The notes under the pieces: model-generated | Seen by the model: the letters and a program-made list of their open reading frames with translations, nothing else | Told to the model about the DNA's origin: nothing | The model's database searches: none | Shown: piece after piece, positions 8,801 to 16,046 of the stretch | How the letters are laid out: the number at the start of each line of letters is the position of its first letter | Position numbering within the stretch: the first letter of the stretch is position 1 | Made by a program: the position numbers and the translations under genes | Assembly: GCA_964482115.1 (NCBI GenBank) | Contig: CAYZWD010000001.1 | Coordinates: 1 to 38,167 of the forward strand | Length of the DNA: 38,167 nucleotides | Source: an uncultured Acidiphilium sp. | GTDB taxonomy: Bacteria; Bacillota; Clostridia; Christensenellales; Borkfalkiaceae | Direction: 5' to 3'

Positions 8801-11239
8801 GCCACCCCAGCTGTATTTTGCGTAAACGGTGGTAAAGCCTAAGTCTTCTTGAGCAACGGCGTTATCGCTAATTCTGTTTTCAAAATCGGCGTCCGTATAC
8901 CAGCCTTCGAACTTGTAACCGTCTACGTAAGCGCCGTGCGCGGGTAAGCTTTCAACTATATTGTCGGATTCGTTTAAAACAACGGTCGTGCCGACGTAAT
9001 ATTTATCTACTATACCGATAGTGTAATAATCTTTCCAAGCGACGTAAATGATAGCACCGTTATCGTCTGCGGAAATCAACAAGGATTCTTCGATAACGAC
9101 TTCTGCCCCGTCGACTTTAACGTGCCAATTTAATACTTCGTAAGTAAAGCCGTCCGTTACGTAGCTTAAGCCGTATTGATCTTTAAGCGCGGCAACGATA
9201 GAATCGCCGTCTAAAAGCGTAACGGTAACGTCTGCGCGAACGCCTTTTTCATCTTTAACGGTTAAGCTTAGTTGCGCCTTAAATGCGGCGGTAAGCGTTA
9301 CGTTTGCAACAGGGGTGATAGTATCGCCGTCTTCATAAAGCACGTCGCCGTTTGCCCAGTTAACGAAAACGTAAGTTAAGCCGTCCGCACCAACGTAGTT
9401 GGGCGCCGCGGTAAGCGTATGCGGTACGTTTTTGTTTACTTCGTCAGAGTAAGTTCTGCCGTTTACCGATAAAGTTAAGGTAACCATAGGTTTGGTGGTG
9501 ACCAAGTTGCCGTCTTCGTCAACGGTCATTTCATAGTAAACGGGGGTTCCGTCTAAAACGAGTTTTACGGCAAGAGTGTTGCCGTCGGCAAGAACGACGT
9601 AAGTGCCGTTTACGTCGCCGTAAACTATGCCGCCGTGCCCGTCTACGTTAACGATAACCGAATCGTTGGTCGCGGGATCGGTAGTGGTATAAGTATCGGC
9701 AAAGCTGTCTAATTCGATAACGTCGCCGTCGACTAAGCCGTAGCATGCAATTTGCGAGCCGTCCTTAATTACGCGGAACGCGCTTTCGGTTTTAATAGCA
9801 CTAGCAGAAACTAAATCGCCCGCGAAATTTTTAAATACGACGCCGACGTAAACCTCTTTAGCGTCAACGTCTACGAATACGTTTACGTTGTTAGCTACGG
9901 TTGAATCTACGGCGTAGCTGATAGGTCTTACGGATACCCCGTCTACCTCGCGCATAACTTCGGTAGAATCGAACTTAGTAAGGTCGGCAGCCGTTTCGGA
10001 GGGAACCATTATAGAGAACCAAGCGTAATTTAACTCCACGGCGCCCTTATCGAGCTTAGCTTGCGGGAATACTATAACGTTAGAAGCCGCGTCGTAATAA
10101 GCGACGAATTCGAGGCTTCTGTCTTCAGAAACGTCGTCCAAGCCGCAGTCGGCATACGGATCGTGCGTTTCTGCGTAATGATAGCTAGCGGTTACTTTTA
10201 ATAAACCTTTAGTTTTATCGTCAAACGCGAAAGTGAGCGTAGAGTTTGTTATTTCGGAAGTGCAGCCGTCGCGACACCAACCGCCAGTAGAGGCTTCGCC
10301 GTTTTTATTAATCACGGTATCTTCCGCGCTGCCGTCAGCCAAAGTTATAAGCCCTTTAGCTATTACGCCGTTTGACCAGCCCTTGGTTTCAACCAAAGCA
10401 AAGGAGGCGTTTGCAAATTTAGCGGCATCGCAAACTTTACATTCGCCGTAAACGTCGTAATCGTGAGCGGCGTAGGCGGTGCCGGTTATTTCGGTTAAAG
10501 TAACTTTTGTGCCGTCAACGAACAAATCGCCGCATACCGTGCATTTTTTGTGCGCGGCTACCGCGTAACTTTCGCACGTAGCGGGAACGGCGGTAACGTC
10601 AATTAAGCTGTGAGCTGCAGCGGCTACTACGTCGTCTTCTGAAACTTCAGCGCCGTCGATAAACAATTTTCCGCAAGCCGTGCACTCTTCGTGCGCTATA
10701 ACGCCGTCTTCGGTGCAAGTAGCGGGAACGGCGGTAACGGGCGTTAAATCGTGAGCTGCAGCGGCTACTACGTCGTCTGCTGAAACTTCAACGCCGTCGA
10801 TAAACAATTTTCCGCAAGCCGTGCACTTTTTGTGCGCTATAACGCCGTCTTCGGCGCAAGTAGCGGGAACGGCGGTAACGTCAGTTAAGCTGTGCGCATC
10901 TCCGTTAACGGGAATTTCAACCTTAACAGAGCCGAAAAGCGAAGTGTAAGTTTTTTCGCCTTTTAGCATACACGTTGCGGGAACGGTGTTAGTAAGCGTC
11001 CACACGCTCGTATCCGAAAGAGCGGGTACGGGTACGGTTATTTCGTTGCCGCATTCACATTTGCCTATTAGTTCGCCCGCAGCGTCTTCAGTGGGAGCGG
11101 TGCCTTGCGTTAAATCGTAAACGTAAGCGTGGGTATGGTCCGCGATATCGCTACTACCGGACGAGCCTTGCCCGCATGCCGCACACAAAGAAAGCGCAAA
11201 CGCGAGTATCGCTATAAGCAGCAATTTCTTCTTCGTCAT
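5882..11239 (-). CDS. Giant surface lipoprotein (1785 aa). From the N-terminus it has Cys/His-knuckle tandem repeats, a long beta-rich region, about 8 Listeria-Bacteroides (Flg_new / InlB B-repeat type) repeats, and several small modules that each begin with a GTY/GSY motif.
   Basis: I place the start at the ATG that is the complement of 11237-11239 (MTKKKLLLIAILAFALSLCAACGQGSSGSS, signal plus lipobox-like AAC). GGAGG lies 10 nt upstream. The 60-aa extension in the ORF track is a translation of the upstream tandem repeat array. Flg_new-type motifs include GYKFEGWYTDADF...TVYAKY, GYRFVGWFTDEDL...TLYAKW and GYRFDGWYTLDGTDGDWG...NFYAKW. Confidence 0.9.
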   Translation of the reverse strand: MTKKKLLLIAILAFALSLCAACGQGSSGSSDIADHTHAYVYDLTQGTAPTEDAAGELIGKCECGNEITVPVPALSDTSVWTLTNTVPATCMLKGEKTYTSLFGSVKVEIPVNGDAHSLTDVTAVPATCAEDGVIAHKKCTACGKLFIDGVEVSADDVVAAAAHDLTPVTAVPATCTEDGVIAHEECTACGKLFIDGAEVSEDDVVAAAAHSLIDVTAVPATCESYAVAAHKKCTVCGDLFVDGTKVTLTEITGTAYAAHDYDVYGECKVCDAAKFANASFALVETKGWSNGVIAKGLITLADGSAEDTVINKNGEASTGGWCRDGCTSEITNSTLTFAFDDKTKGLLKVTASYHYAETHDPYADCGLDDVSEDRSLEFVAYYDAASNVIVFPQAKLDKGAVELNYAWFSIMVPSETAADLTKFDSTEVMREVDGVSVRPISYAVDSTVANNVNVFVDVDAKEVYVGVVFKNFAGDLVSASAIKTESAFRVIKDGSQIACYGLVDGDVIELDSFADTYTTTDPATNDSVIVNVDGHGGIVYGDVNGTYVVLADGNTLAVKLVLDGTPVYYEMTVDEDGNLVTTKPMVTLTLSVNGRTYSDEVNKNVPHTLTAAPNYVGADGLTYVFVNWANGDVLYEDGDTITPVANVTLTAAFKAQLSLTVKDEKGVRADVTVTLLDGDSIVAALKDQYGLSYVTDGFTYEVLNWHVKVDGAEVVIEESLLISADDNGAIIYVAWKDYYTIGIVDKYYVGTTVVLNESDNIVESLPAHGAYVDGYKFEGWYTDADFENRISDNAVAQEDLGFTTVYAKYSWGGDVSVELGNTYTFVYDETIGAFKSNNYHVKSSTALLRLEAVSGLTEISFDYFCESESATSYDYLTIYYSNAEGVKQTTITAGGNHSANASDPDSWGWQRLTAYVHPDFSYKEIRITYQKDSGVDKGLDAAYIKNLTINGRVITNAAPIDQFAGTYTLGEETATLNGNGIITVAGDFNPGTSTYTILDLADKKIAFTINDVYTEATIGETDLTDVTPEVTVTYTLNGHGSLSDTTLTERKNARVVLPALSEDGYRFVGWFTDEDLTNKISTEAITVSEDTTLYAKWEAAVTVTLHDGESTTVKTDYFVNDTVKSADIANLTKDGYRFDGWYTLDGTDGDWGTKVTSATVLTETDTNFYAKWSKQVTFTWMDGATEVERTLSKTYYVGDTVGVWADRANYLTNAYDGDEKTKKLEAWCTADGTDGEWGTKLESSFILTSDAFTFYAKWKNQVVVKIYDEDGTTLLATFAGKDLDCYVGDDKSAPYKVYNYAPTGYDATQKKFAGIYTAHGELGEWGDKVTSSTKLNAELVEFYAEYNYPVSVQFYDYDGVNPIKTVNKFQSEKLTDTEIPAKLTRVLDDGKVFDDWYLMDGLDYTDAKASVSTELTNAIYIYKAKYIDPSPLCGTYSGFEVYYASNLYKMNFTTIAADGTVSGFKTGKITNYNAETGTFTFTSGSDEYFGYYDASAKAFAVNYYSGLSNGLGTDTYVYVVSTTDVTVAKTALVNFDSNKTRIMTVDFGSQTMVIVMRNDKLYANVTVTATDLAGNTVEVESARIITVTRDGVELTKFSVDNGVTSDTIPTSDGFEGSYTLAGDDVAFVLDGKGAYTHGTESGTYNVNGSAITLTPASGVAVTYGINVESKTFAEVSIFAGKTFTGSYKDGENAVQTLRIEFAVSGEITGTLYGGGTSYYFDFTAVLNGNEITFTFTRTISGDQGKTLVGTISGDKITFTSCTITNRAYLFANNGSVTCAGFSLEG
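10437..10900 (-). repeat. Tandem 141-bp (47-aa) coding repeats, about 3.3 copies. The two central copies are about 91% identical at the DNA level.
   Basis: The units at 10578-10718 and 10719-10859 differ at about 12 of 141 positions by manual alignment. The flanking copies are more diverged. The encoded unit is H-x-L-x-x-VTAVPATC-x-EDGVIAH-x-x-C-T-A-C-G-KLFIDG-x-EVS-x-DDVVAAAA. Confidence 0.9.
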
Positions 11240-11296
11240 GATAAAATGACCTCCATCTTTAAAATTTTCGGTTTTTTTGCCGATTTTTTTATTTTT

Positions 11297-11448
11297 AAGG
11301 TTTTTTGCGGGCGTTTTTGCGCCCCCAAAGGTTTTTTGCGGGCTTTTTGCGCCCCCAAAGGTTTTTTGCGGGCTTTTTGCGCCCCCAAAGGTTTTTTGCG
11401 GGCGTTTTTGCGCCCGCAAAGGTTTTTTGCGGGCGTTTTTGCGCCCGC
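11297..11448. repeat. Array of five tandem 30/31-bp units, each containing an inverted repeat. It lies between the promoter and the RBS of the 1785-aa gene.
   Basis: The units are 11297-11326, 11327-11356, 11357-11386, 11387-11417 and 11418-11448. Units 4 and 5 contain the perfect palindrome tttgcgggcg-tttttg-cgcccgcaaa (10-bp arms). Units 1-3 carry one or two substitutions or indels in the arms. Confidence 0.95.
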
Positions 11449-11478
11449 AAATAAAAACACTTATTTCTAGACTGTATA

Positions 11479-11507
11479 ATTATACAACAGTTTGGAATTT
11501 TTTGCAA
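11479..11507 (-). promoter_or_regulatory. Near-consensus sigma-A-type promoter driving the 1785-aa lipoprotein gene.
   Basis: Minus strand reads TTGCAA (11502-11507), a 17-nt spacer, then TATAAT (complement of 11479-11484). The predicted leader of about 230 nt contains the five-unit array. Confidence 0.7.
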
Positions 11508-11613
11508 TTAGCTAAATTGCTAAACGCAAATTGTTTTATTTTTAATCGTTATATTTGATATAATCCGCCGTTATAAAAAGCTTATTAACGGTTGAGTTTA
11601 GCCGCTTTTATAA

Positions 11614-11727
11614 CAAGACTAGATTACGCCGCGCGGCGGCGCTGCTACGCGGTTCGGCTCGTTTTTCGCGCTCGCTCAGAATGACGAAAAACGCAATTCA
11701 AGCCGAGATTCCGCCGCGGAGCGGGCG
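11614..11727. repeat. Copy B of the repeated intergenic element, immediately 3' of the 1355-aa gene stop codon.
   Basis: caagactagattacgccgcgcggcggcgctgctacgcggttcggctcgtttttcgcgctcgctcag (11614-11679) matches copy A. A second caagccgagattccgccgcgg motif lies at 11699-11719. Confidence 0.75.
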
Positions 11728-11728
11728 A

Positions 11729-14700
11729 TTAGCCTATTACGGTTAAGCCGCCGGTTTCGTTGCCGATTTCGTCTATTTTTACGGTTACTTGCCTGCCGGA
11801 GGCGTAAGTTATTTGAATTTTTGCACCGCTCGTAAACGAAGTGCCGCTTATATAGCTTACGGTTACGCTTTCGCCAAGCACCGTGCGCGACGACGACGCG
11901 TAATAATCGTAGCCGCTATCCGTTCTTACTGCGCGCAAGATTAATTCGCCGTTGCCGGCAAAATCGGTTGAACGAGCCGCAAAATATTCTGAAAATTTAA
12001 CTATGCCCGTGCCTTCCAGGTGCAATAAGCTGTTTTTCAAGCGACCGTTAAACGTGTACACCTCGCCCGCGTCGGTAGTTGCCGTGGCGCTGAACTGCGT
12101 GCCGTCGGCTGAAATAACCGCGTTGCCGCTGTATTTTACGCCGTTCGAGGTAAGCGTTAAATAGCCGTATTCGTCTATTACGAGCGTGCTGTTGCCCGAG
12201 AACGACCTTTCGAACGTGCGAACCACGGCTAAGCCCTCGTATTTTTTATCGATTACCTGAATTCCGTAATATAACTTTTTGTTAACCCCGCCTACGTTTA
12301 CGGTTACGTAGAACTGATAAAATCCGGGGGTCGAAAACGCTATTGCCGAAGTGTATACCGCGGTTTTTTTCTGCTCTGCGGTAAGTTCGCCGTCTTCGGT
12401 TATTACGGTTATGGTGCTTAAAAAGTCGCTAAGAGAAGTGCCTTTTTTAACGGTGTACGAGCTGACTTTTACGATTGCGCCGTTTAAACTTACGCTTTCG
12501 AAGCCCTCTCCTACGGTTAAGCCGCTTTCAGCCGTTAATACCGTTAGCGTGTTGCCGTCCGCATTGAGCGCTACGTCGGCGCCCGCGCCGTACGTAAGCG
12601 ATTCGCCTAAGTAGCTTATAATCGCGCTAGCCCCGCGCTTTTCGTATTCGAAAAGAACTTTTTCGTAAGAAGTGAGGTTGTAATTGGCTACACCCAAACC
12701 GTAGCCGTTAAAAAATACGTATTTGCTTGCGGTTTTGTTTGTGTATAGCCCGAAAAATTCGTCTTTGACTATAAGCTCGAAAGTTTTCGCTTGTACGTTT
12801 AACGCAAACTTATAACTGAACGGATAAATTTCTACCTTTTCTTCGTCCGTATCCTTAATAGCCTTTACCGCCGCGCGTAAATCGGTAGTGTAAGAAACGC
12901 TTTGCGTGTTTTTGGCTTTGTTTACGGTTACTATTTTTGCGCCGTGAACGGTAAAAGTGCCCTCGGCTACGTTGCTGGAATTGTAACCTAAACCCGAAAG
13001 GTCGTACATAGAAAAACTAAATAACGACTCAGTGCCCACCGTTAGCGACGCGGTTGGCGTTTGCGCTAGGTTAAGCGTTGCCGACACGCCGTTTATCGCA
13101 CCCCTAAAGCTACCGGAATACGCTTGCTCGGATTCGGAATCCACAACGCTCGCCTTGCTTTCCGAAGAAATCCTGAACCCGTAAGTTTCGCCAAGCAACG
13201 TTACCGCGGACGTTACGCCCACGGTTTTTTCAAAGCCGTCGGCAAAAACCGCCTCTCCAAAGGTTATTTTATAATCGTAATCGCTTGAAGCATGCGAATA
13301 TAAATACGTTTTTAAACCGTACCACTTATAGCCGCCGTCGATTAGATTTTTTACCTTGAAAAGGTCTATAGAATAGTTGGCGGTGTCGCCCTCTAAAACG
13401 TGCTTGCCCGACTTTGCGGAATTAATTGCGAACGAATCGACTATTTGCCACTGCGCCGCGTTAAAATATACTATCGGACGGGTAACGTTGGTTAGTTTCA
13501 TGCGCAAATAGTTATCGTAAACCAAAACGGCAACGCCGTTATCGTAACTTAAAATAAAGTTAGAGCGCTCTAACGTAAGGCGGAAATCGCCCGCCCCAAC
13601 GCCGCTAACGTCGCTTGCCGATTTGCCGTTTACCGTAATAGCCATATCCGAACTAATCGTCATGTCGCCGATTTGTTGCGATTTTACGGCGTCGTCAACG
13701 ACTAAGCCCTCGTCGTCGTAAGTGGCGGAAGAACCTATGGTTAAAAGCGAAGTTTTATACGTGCCTATCATGCCGCCGTCTATAACCGTTACGTTCGCCG
13801 TTTTTTGCCGTTCTTTATATTCTAACGTTAAATCGTAAGAGCCGAGGGCGAACGGATTGAACGAGCCGCTTATCATATCCGGCGTTACGGCTATGCGCAT
13901 GCCTTCGTCCGTAACGGTGAAAAGCTTCGTTATATCGAGCGAGTAGCCCACCGTTATTACCTTGTTTTGCGCGGTTATTTCGGTGTTGCCTATCACTACG
14001 GCGTCGTATTCGATATATACGGGATCTGCCGTTACGCCGTTTACGTATACCGCCACCCTTACGGTGGTTTTGCCCGTTTCGTTTACGTTTACGCCGTTTT
14101 TTACCTCCGCATAACAAGCCGTGTAGCCGTTTGCGTTGGATCTATCCGCGGTTAGGGTTTGCGGTAAGCCGTTTAAAACAAGCTTTATGTTGCTTAACGC
14201 GTTGAACGACGCGCCTTTTTTAATTTCTACGCGGCTTTGCTCGGTTGTGAGCGTATATTCGTTTCGTACTACTTGATACGTTACTGTTTTTTCGGGATAA
14301 GTGAATTTTACACCCGAAAGACCAAAGCTTTTTTCGTTATAGCTGAGCTTTAACGTTACGGAATAACTGCCGACTATGTCGAAATTTACGTCGTCTACCC
14401 CGATTAAATAAGAAGATAGGTCGCTGAACTCAACGCCGTTAACGCTTACTTTAAAGTCGGCTGAAAAATCGTACGTCGCCTTAGGCGTGCCGCTCTTTAT
14501 TATTACTTCGCTAGAACGCGCGTAATCGATTATTACGCCGTTTTTTACCGTTACCGTTGCGGTTGCCACGCGCCCTTCGTAATTGAGCGTTACCGTATAA
14601 TCGCCGCCAACCGAATAATCGACCTCTCCGCTGAGCATATCGTAAGTAACCGACACGGGCTTACCGTCACGCGTTATTTCAAACAGCGAAGTGGGTGCTA

Positions 14701-15796
14701 CGTTTGCGCCGTTAATAAACGCTTCCGCGTTGCGCGCGGTTATTATAACGTTATCTTCGATTATTTTAACGCGTAAGTTCGTAACCTCGCCGCCGACGGT
14801 TAGCTTTACTAGGCAAACGTCGCCTAGCTTTGCGTTCGTTACAGCCGAATCGTCTATCATGTCGGCGGTGACTTCTGCCGCCGCACCGTTTTTGTATAGA
14901 TAAAAATCGCTAACGTAATCGCGCGATTTTGCCTCTGCCTCGGGTAAAAGCAAGCAAGAATACGCAGCATGCGCGATATATACGTCCGCCGCGCTTACGG
15001 TAACGTTTAACGTAAGCGAAACGCCGCCCCTTGCAAAAGTTAACGCGTATTCGCCCGCCTCGGCTTTGACCTCGCCGCCGAGCATCGAGTTGGTTACCGT
15101 GAAAGGCTCGCCCTCGCGCGAGGCGGAAAATAACGAGCCGAAATCGTAATCCGCTACTTGCGAAACGTGAATTTTTACGCTATCTTGCGCAAGCGCCGCT
15201 TTGTAAACCGCCTCCGTTACGTTTATTCTTACCGTGGCGCGCTTGCCCTTATACGTGCAAGAAATTACGTACGTGCCGCGTTGGTTTTTTAGCCCGGTTA
15301 GGTCTATATCTTTATTTTCTAACTCTACGGTTTCGCCGCTTAACGAAACGCGGAACAGCGAAGCGAAGTTATAATCGGCAAGTTCGTCGTCTTTTAAATC
15401 GACTTCGTCTGAAAGCGCCGTTACCGAAACGGGTGCGGAAGAGTTTACGTGCACGGTTATTTCAGCCGTTTGGTCTTTTACGGTGCAATAAACTTTATAA
15501 GTACCTACCTCCGCTTTTACCGCGGAAGAATTTATATATTCCGCCTTGGTCGCATATCTGTTACCGTCACCGTATACGGTGAAAAATACGGTGTAGTCGT
15601 AACCCACGGCGTTTTCTTCAACCAGCGTTACGTCCGACGAGTTAACTGCTATTTCTATCATTTTGCAGTTTTCGACGCTAGGTAAGTCGGGTGACGGAGC
15701 GGGGTTTTCGGCGTTACTCTTTCCGCACGCCGCCGCCAAAGCCGAAAACGCAAGCGTTATTACCAGCAATATCGTAATTGCCCATCTTTTTTTCAT
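11729..15796 (-). CDS. Giant surface lipoprotein (1355 aa). It has about 8 tandem Ig-like repeats (DUF5011-like pattern) followed by about 670 aa of beta-rich sequence of unknown function.
   Basis: I place the start at the ATG that is the complement of 15794-15796 (MKKRWAITILLVITLAFSALAAACGKS, lipobox), with GGAGG 8 nt upstream. The ORF track start at 15811 is a TTG lying upstream of that RBS. Repeat ends recur every 75-85 aa: GTYKVYCTVKDQTAEITVHV, GTYVISCTYKGKRATVRINV, GEYALTFARGGVSLTLNVTV, GDYTVTLNYEGRVATATVTV and GSYDLTLEYKERQKTANVTV. Confidence 0.9.
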   Translation of the reverse strand: MKKRWAITILLVITLAFSALAAACGKSNAENPAPSPDLPSVENCKMIEIAVNSSDVTLVEENAVGYDYTVFFTVYGDGNRYATKAEYINSSAVKAEVGTYKVYCTVKDQTAEITVHVNSSAPVSVTALSDEVDLKDDELADYNFASLFRVSLSGETVELENKDIDLTGLKNQRGTYVISCTYKGKRATVRINVTEAVYKAALAQDSVKIHVSQVADYDFGSLFSASREGEPFTVTNSMLGGEVKAEAGEYALTFARGGVSLTLNVTVSAADVYIAHAAYSCLLLPEAEAKSRDYVSDFYLYKNGAAAEVTADMIDDSAVTNAKLGDVCLVKLTVGGEVTNLRVKIIEDNVIITARNAEAFINGANVAPTSLFEITRDGKPVSVTYDMLSGEVDYSVGGDYTVTLNYEGRVATATVTVKNGVIIDYARSSEVIIKSGTPKATYDFSADFKVSVNGVEFSDLSSYLIGVDDVNFDIVGSYSVTLKLSYNEKSFGLSGVKFTYPEKTVTYQVVRNEYTLTTEQSRVEIKKGASFNALSNIKLVLNGLPQTLTADRSNANGYTACYAEVKNGVNVNETGKTTVRVAVYVNGVTADPVYIEYDAVVIGNTEITAQNKVITVGYSLDITKLFTVTDEGMRIAVTPDMISGSFNPFALGSYDLTLEYKERQKTANVTVIDGGMIGTYKTSLLTIGSSATYDDEGLVVDDAVKSQQIGDMTISSDMAITVNGKSASDVSGVGAGDFRLTLERSNFILSYDNGVAVLVYDNYLRMKLTNVTRPIVYFNAAQWQIVDSFAINSAKSGKHVLEGDTANYSIDLFKVKNLIDGGYKWYGLKTYLYSHASSDYDYKITFGEAVFADGFEKTVGVTSAVTLLGETYGFRISSESKASVVDSESEQAYSGSFRGAINGVSATLNLAQTPTASLTVGTESLFSFSMYDLSGLGYNSSNVAEGTFTVHGAKIVTVNKAKNTQSVSYTTDLRAAVKAIKDTDEEKVEIYPFSYKFALNVQAKTFELIVKDEFFGLYTNKTASKYVFFNGYGLGVANYNLTSYEKVLFEYEKRGASAIISYLGESLTYGAGADVALNADGNTLTVLTAESGLTVGEGFESVSLNGAIVKVSSYTVKKGTSLSDFLSTITVITEDGELTAEQKKTAVYTSAIAFSTPGFYQFYVTVNVGGVNKKLYYGIQVIDKKYEGLAVVRTFERSFSGNSTLVIDEYGYLTLTSNGVKYSGNAVISADGTQFSATATTDAGEVYTFNGRLKNSLLHLEGTGIVKFSEYFAARSTDFAGNGELILRAVRTDSGYDYYASSSRTVLGESVTVSYISGTSFTSGAKIQITYASGRQVTVKIDEIGNETGGLTVIG

Positions 15797-15941
15797 ATTA
15801 AATTCCTCCAAAGCCCGCGGCTTTTTGCCGCTTAAGCCTTTGCGCGCCTACAAGCGAATTTTTATAGCTTTACGCTTTGTTCTTTTCGCTTAATTTTTTA
15901 AGCTTTATACGCGCGGGGTTATAGCAACTTAAAAGGCGAGC

Positions 15942-15967
15942 GGCGCGTGCGCGAATGCGCACGCGCC
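15942..15967 (-). promoter_or_regulatory. Very stable GC-rich intercistronic stem-loop between the 941-aa and 1355-aa genes. It could be an attenuator or an mRNA-stability element, and it is not a canonical terminator.
   Basis: ggcgcgtgcgc - gaat - gcgcacgcgcc forms a perfect 11-bp stem. On the minus transcript the nearest U-run (UUUU) is 7 nt away. I found no convincing promoter between this hairpin and the next start codon. Confidence 0.5.
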
Positions 15968-16046
15968 TAAGCCGTTTTGCGTTGTTTTTGCGTTTTTTTA
16001 TAAGTTTTTATTATTCTTTACTTATAATTTTTAAACGCGTTTTTTT

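Noticed and set aside
10437-10900. Diversity-generating retroelement (template/variable repeat pair).
   Set aside because: No reverse transcriptase gene is present in the window. The differences between repeats are not adenine-specific. The repeats are tandem and in-frame, as ordinary domain duplications are.
11297-11448. Possible CRISPR array.
   Set aside because: The units are directly abutting copies with no unique spacers, and the period is only 30-31 bp. No cas genes are present in the window.
11129-11558. Four overlapping ORFs in the track (11129-11470 +, 11236-11460 -, 11277-11558 +, 11295-11507 -), and the 60-aa N-terminal extension of the ORF 5882-11419.
   Set aside because: All of them are translations of the 30/31-bp tandem array. 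The repetitive peptides (PQKTFGGAKS, FCAPKGFLRA and so on) appear in several frames on both strands. The real start, with GGAGG and a lipoprotein signal peptide, is at 11239.
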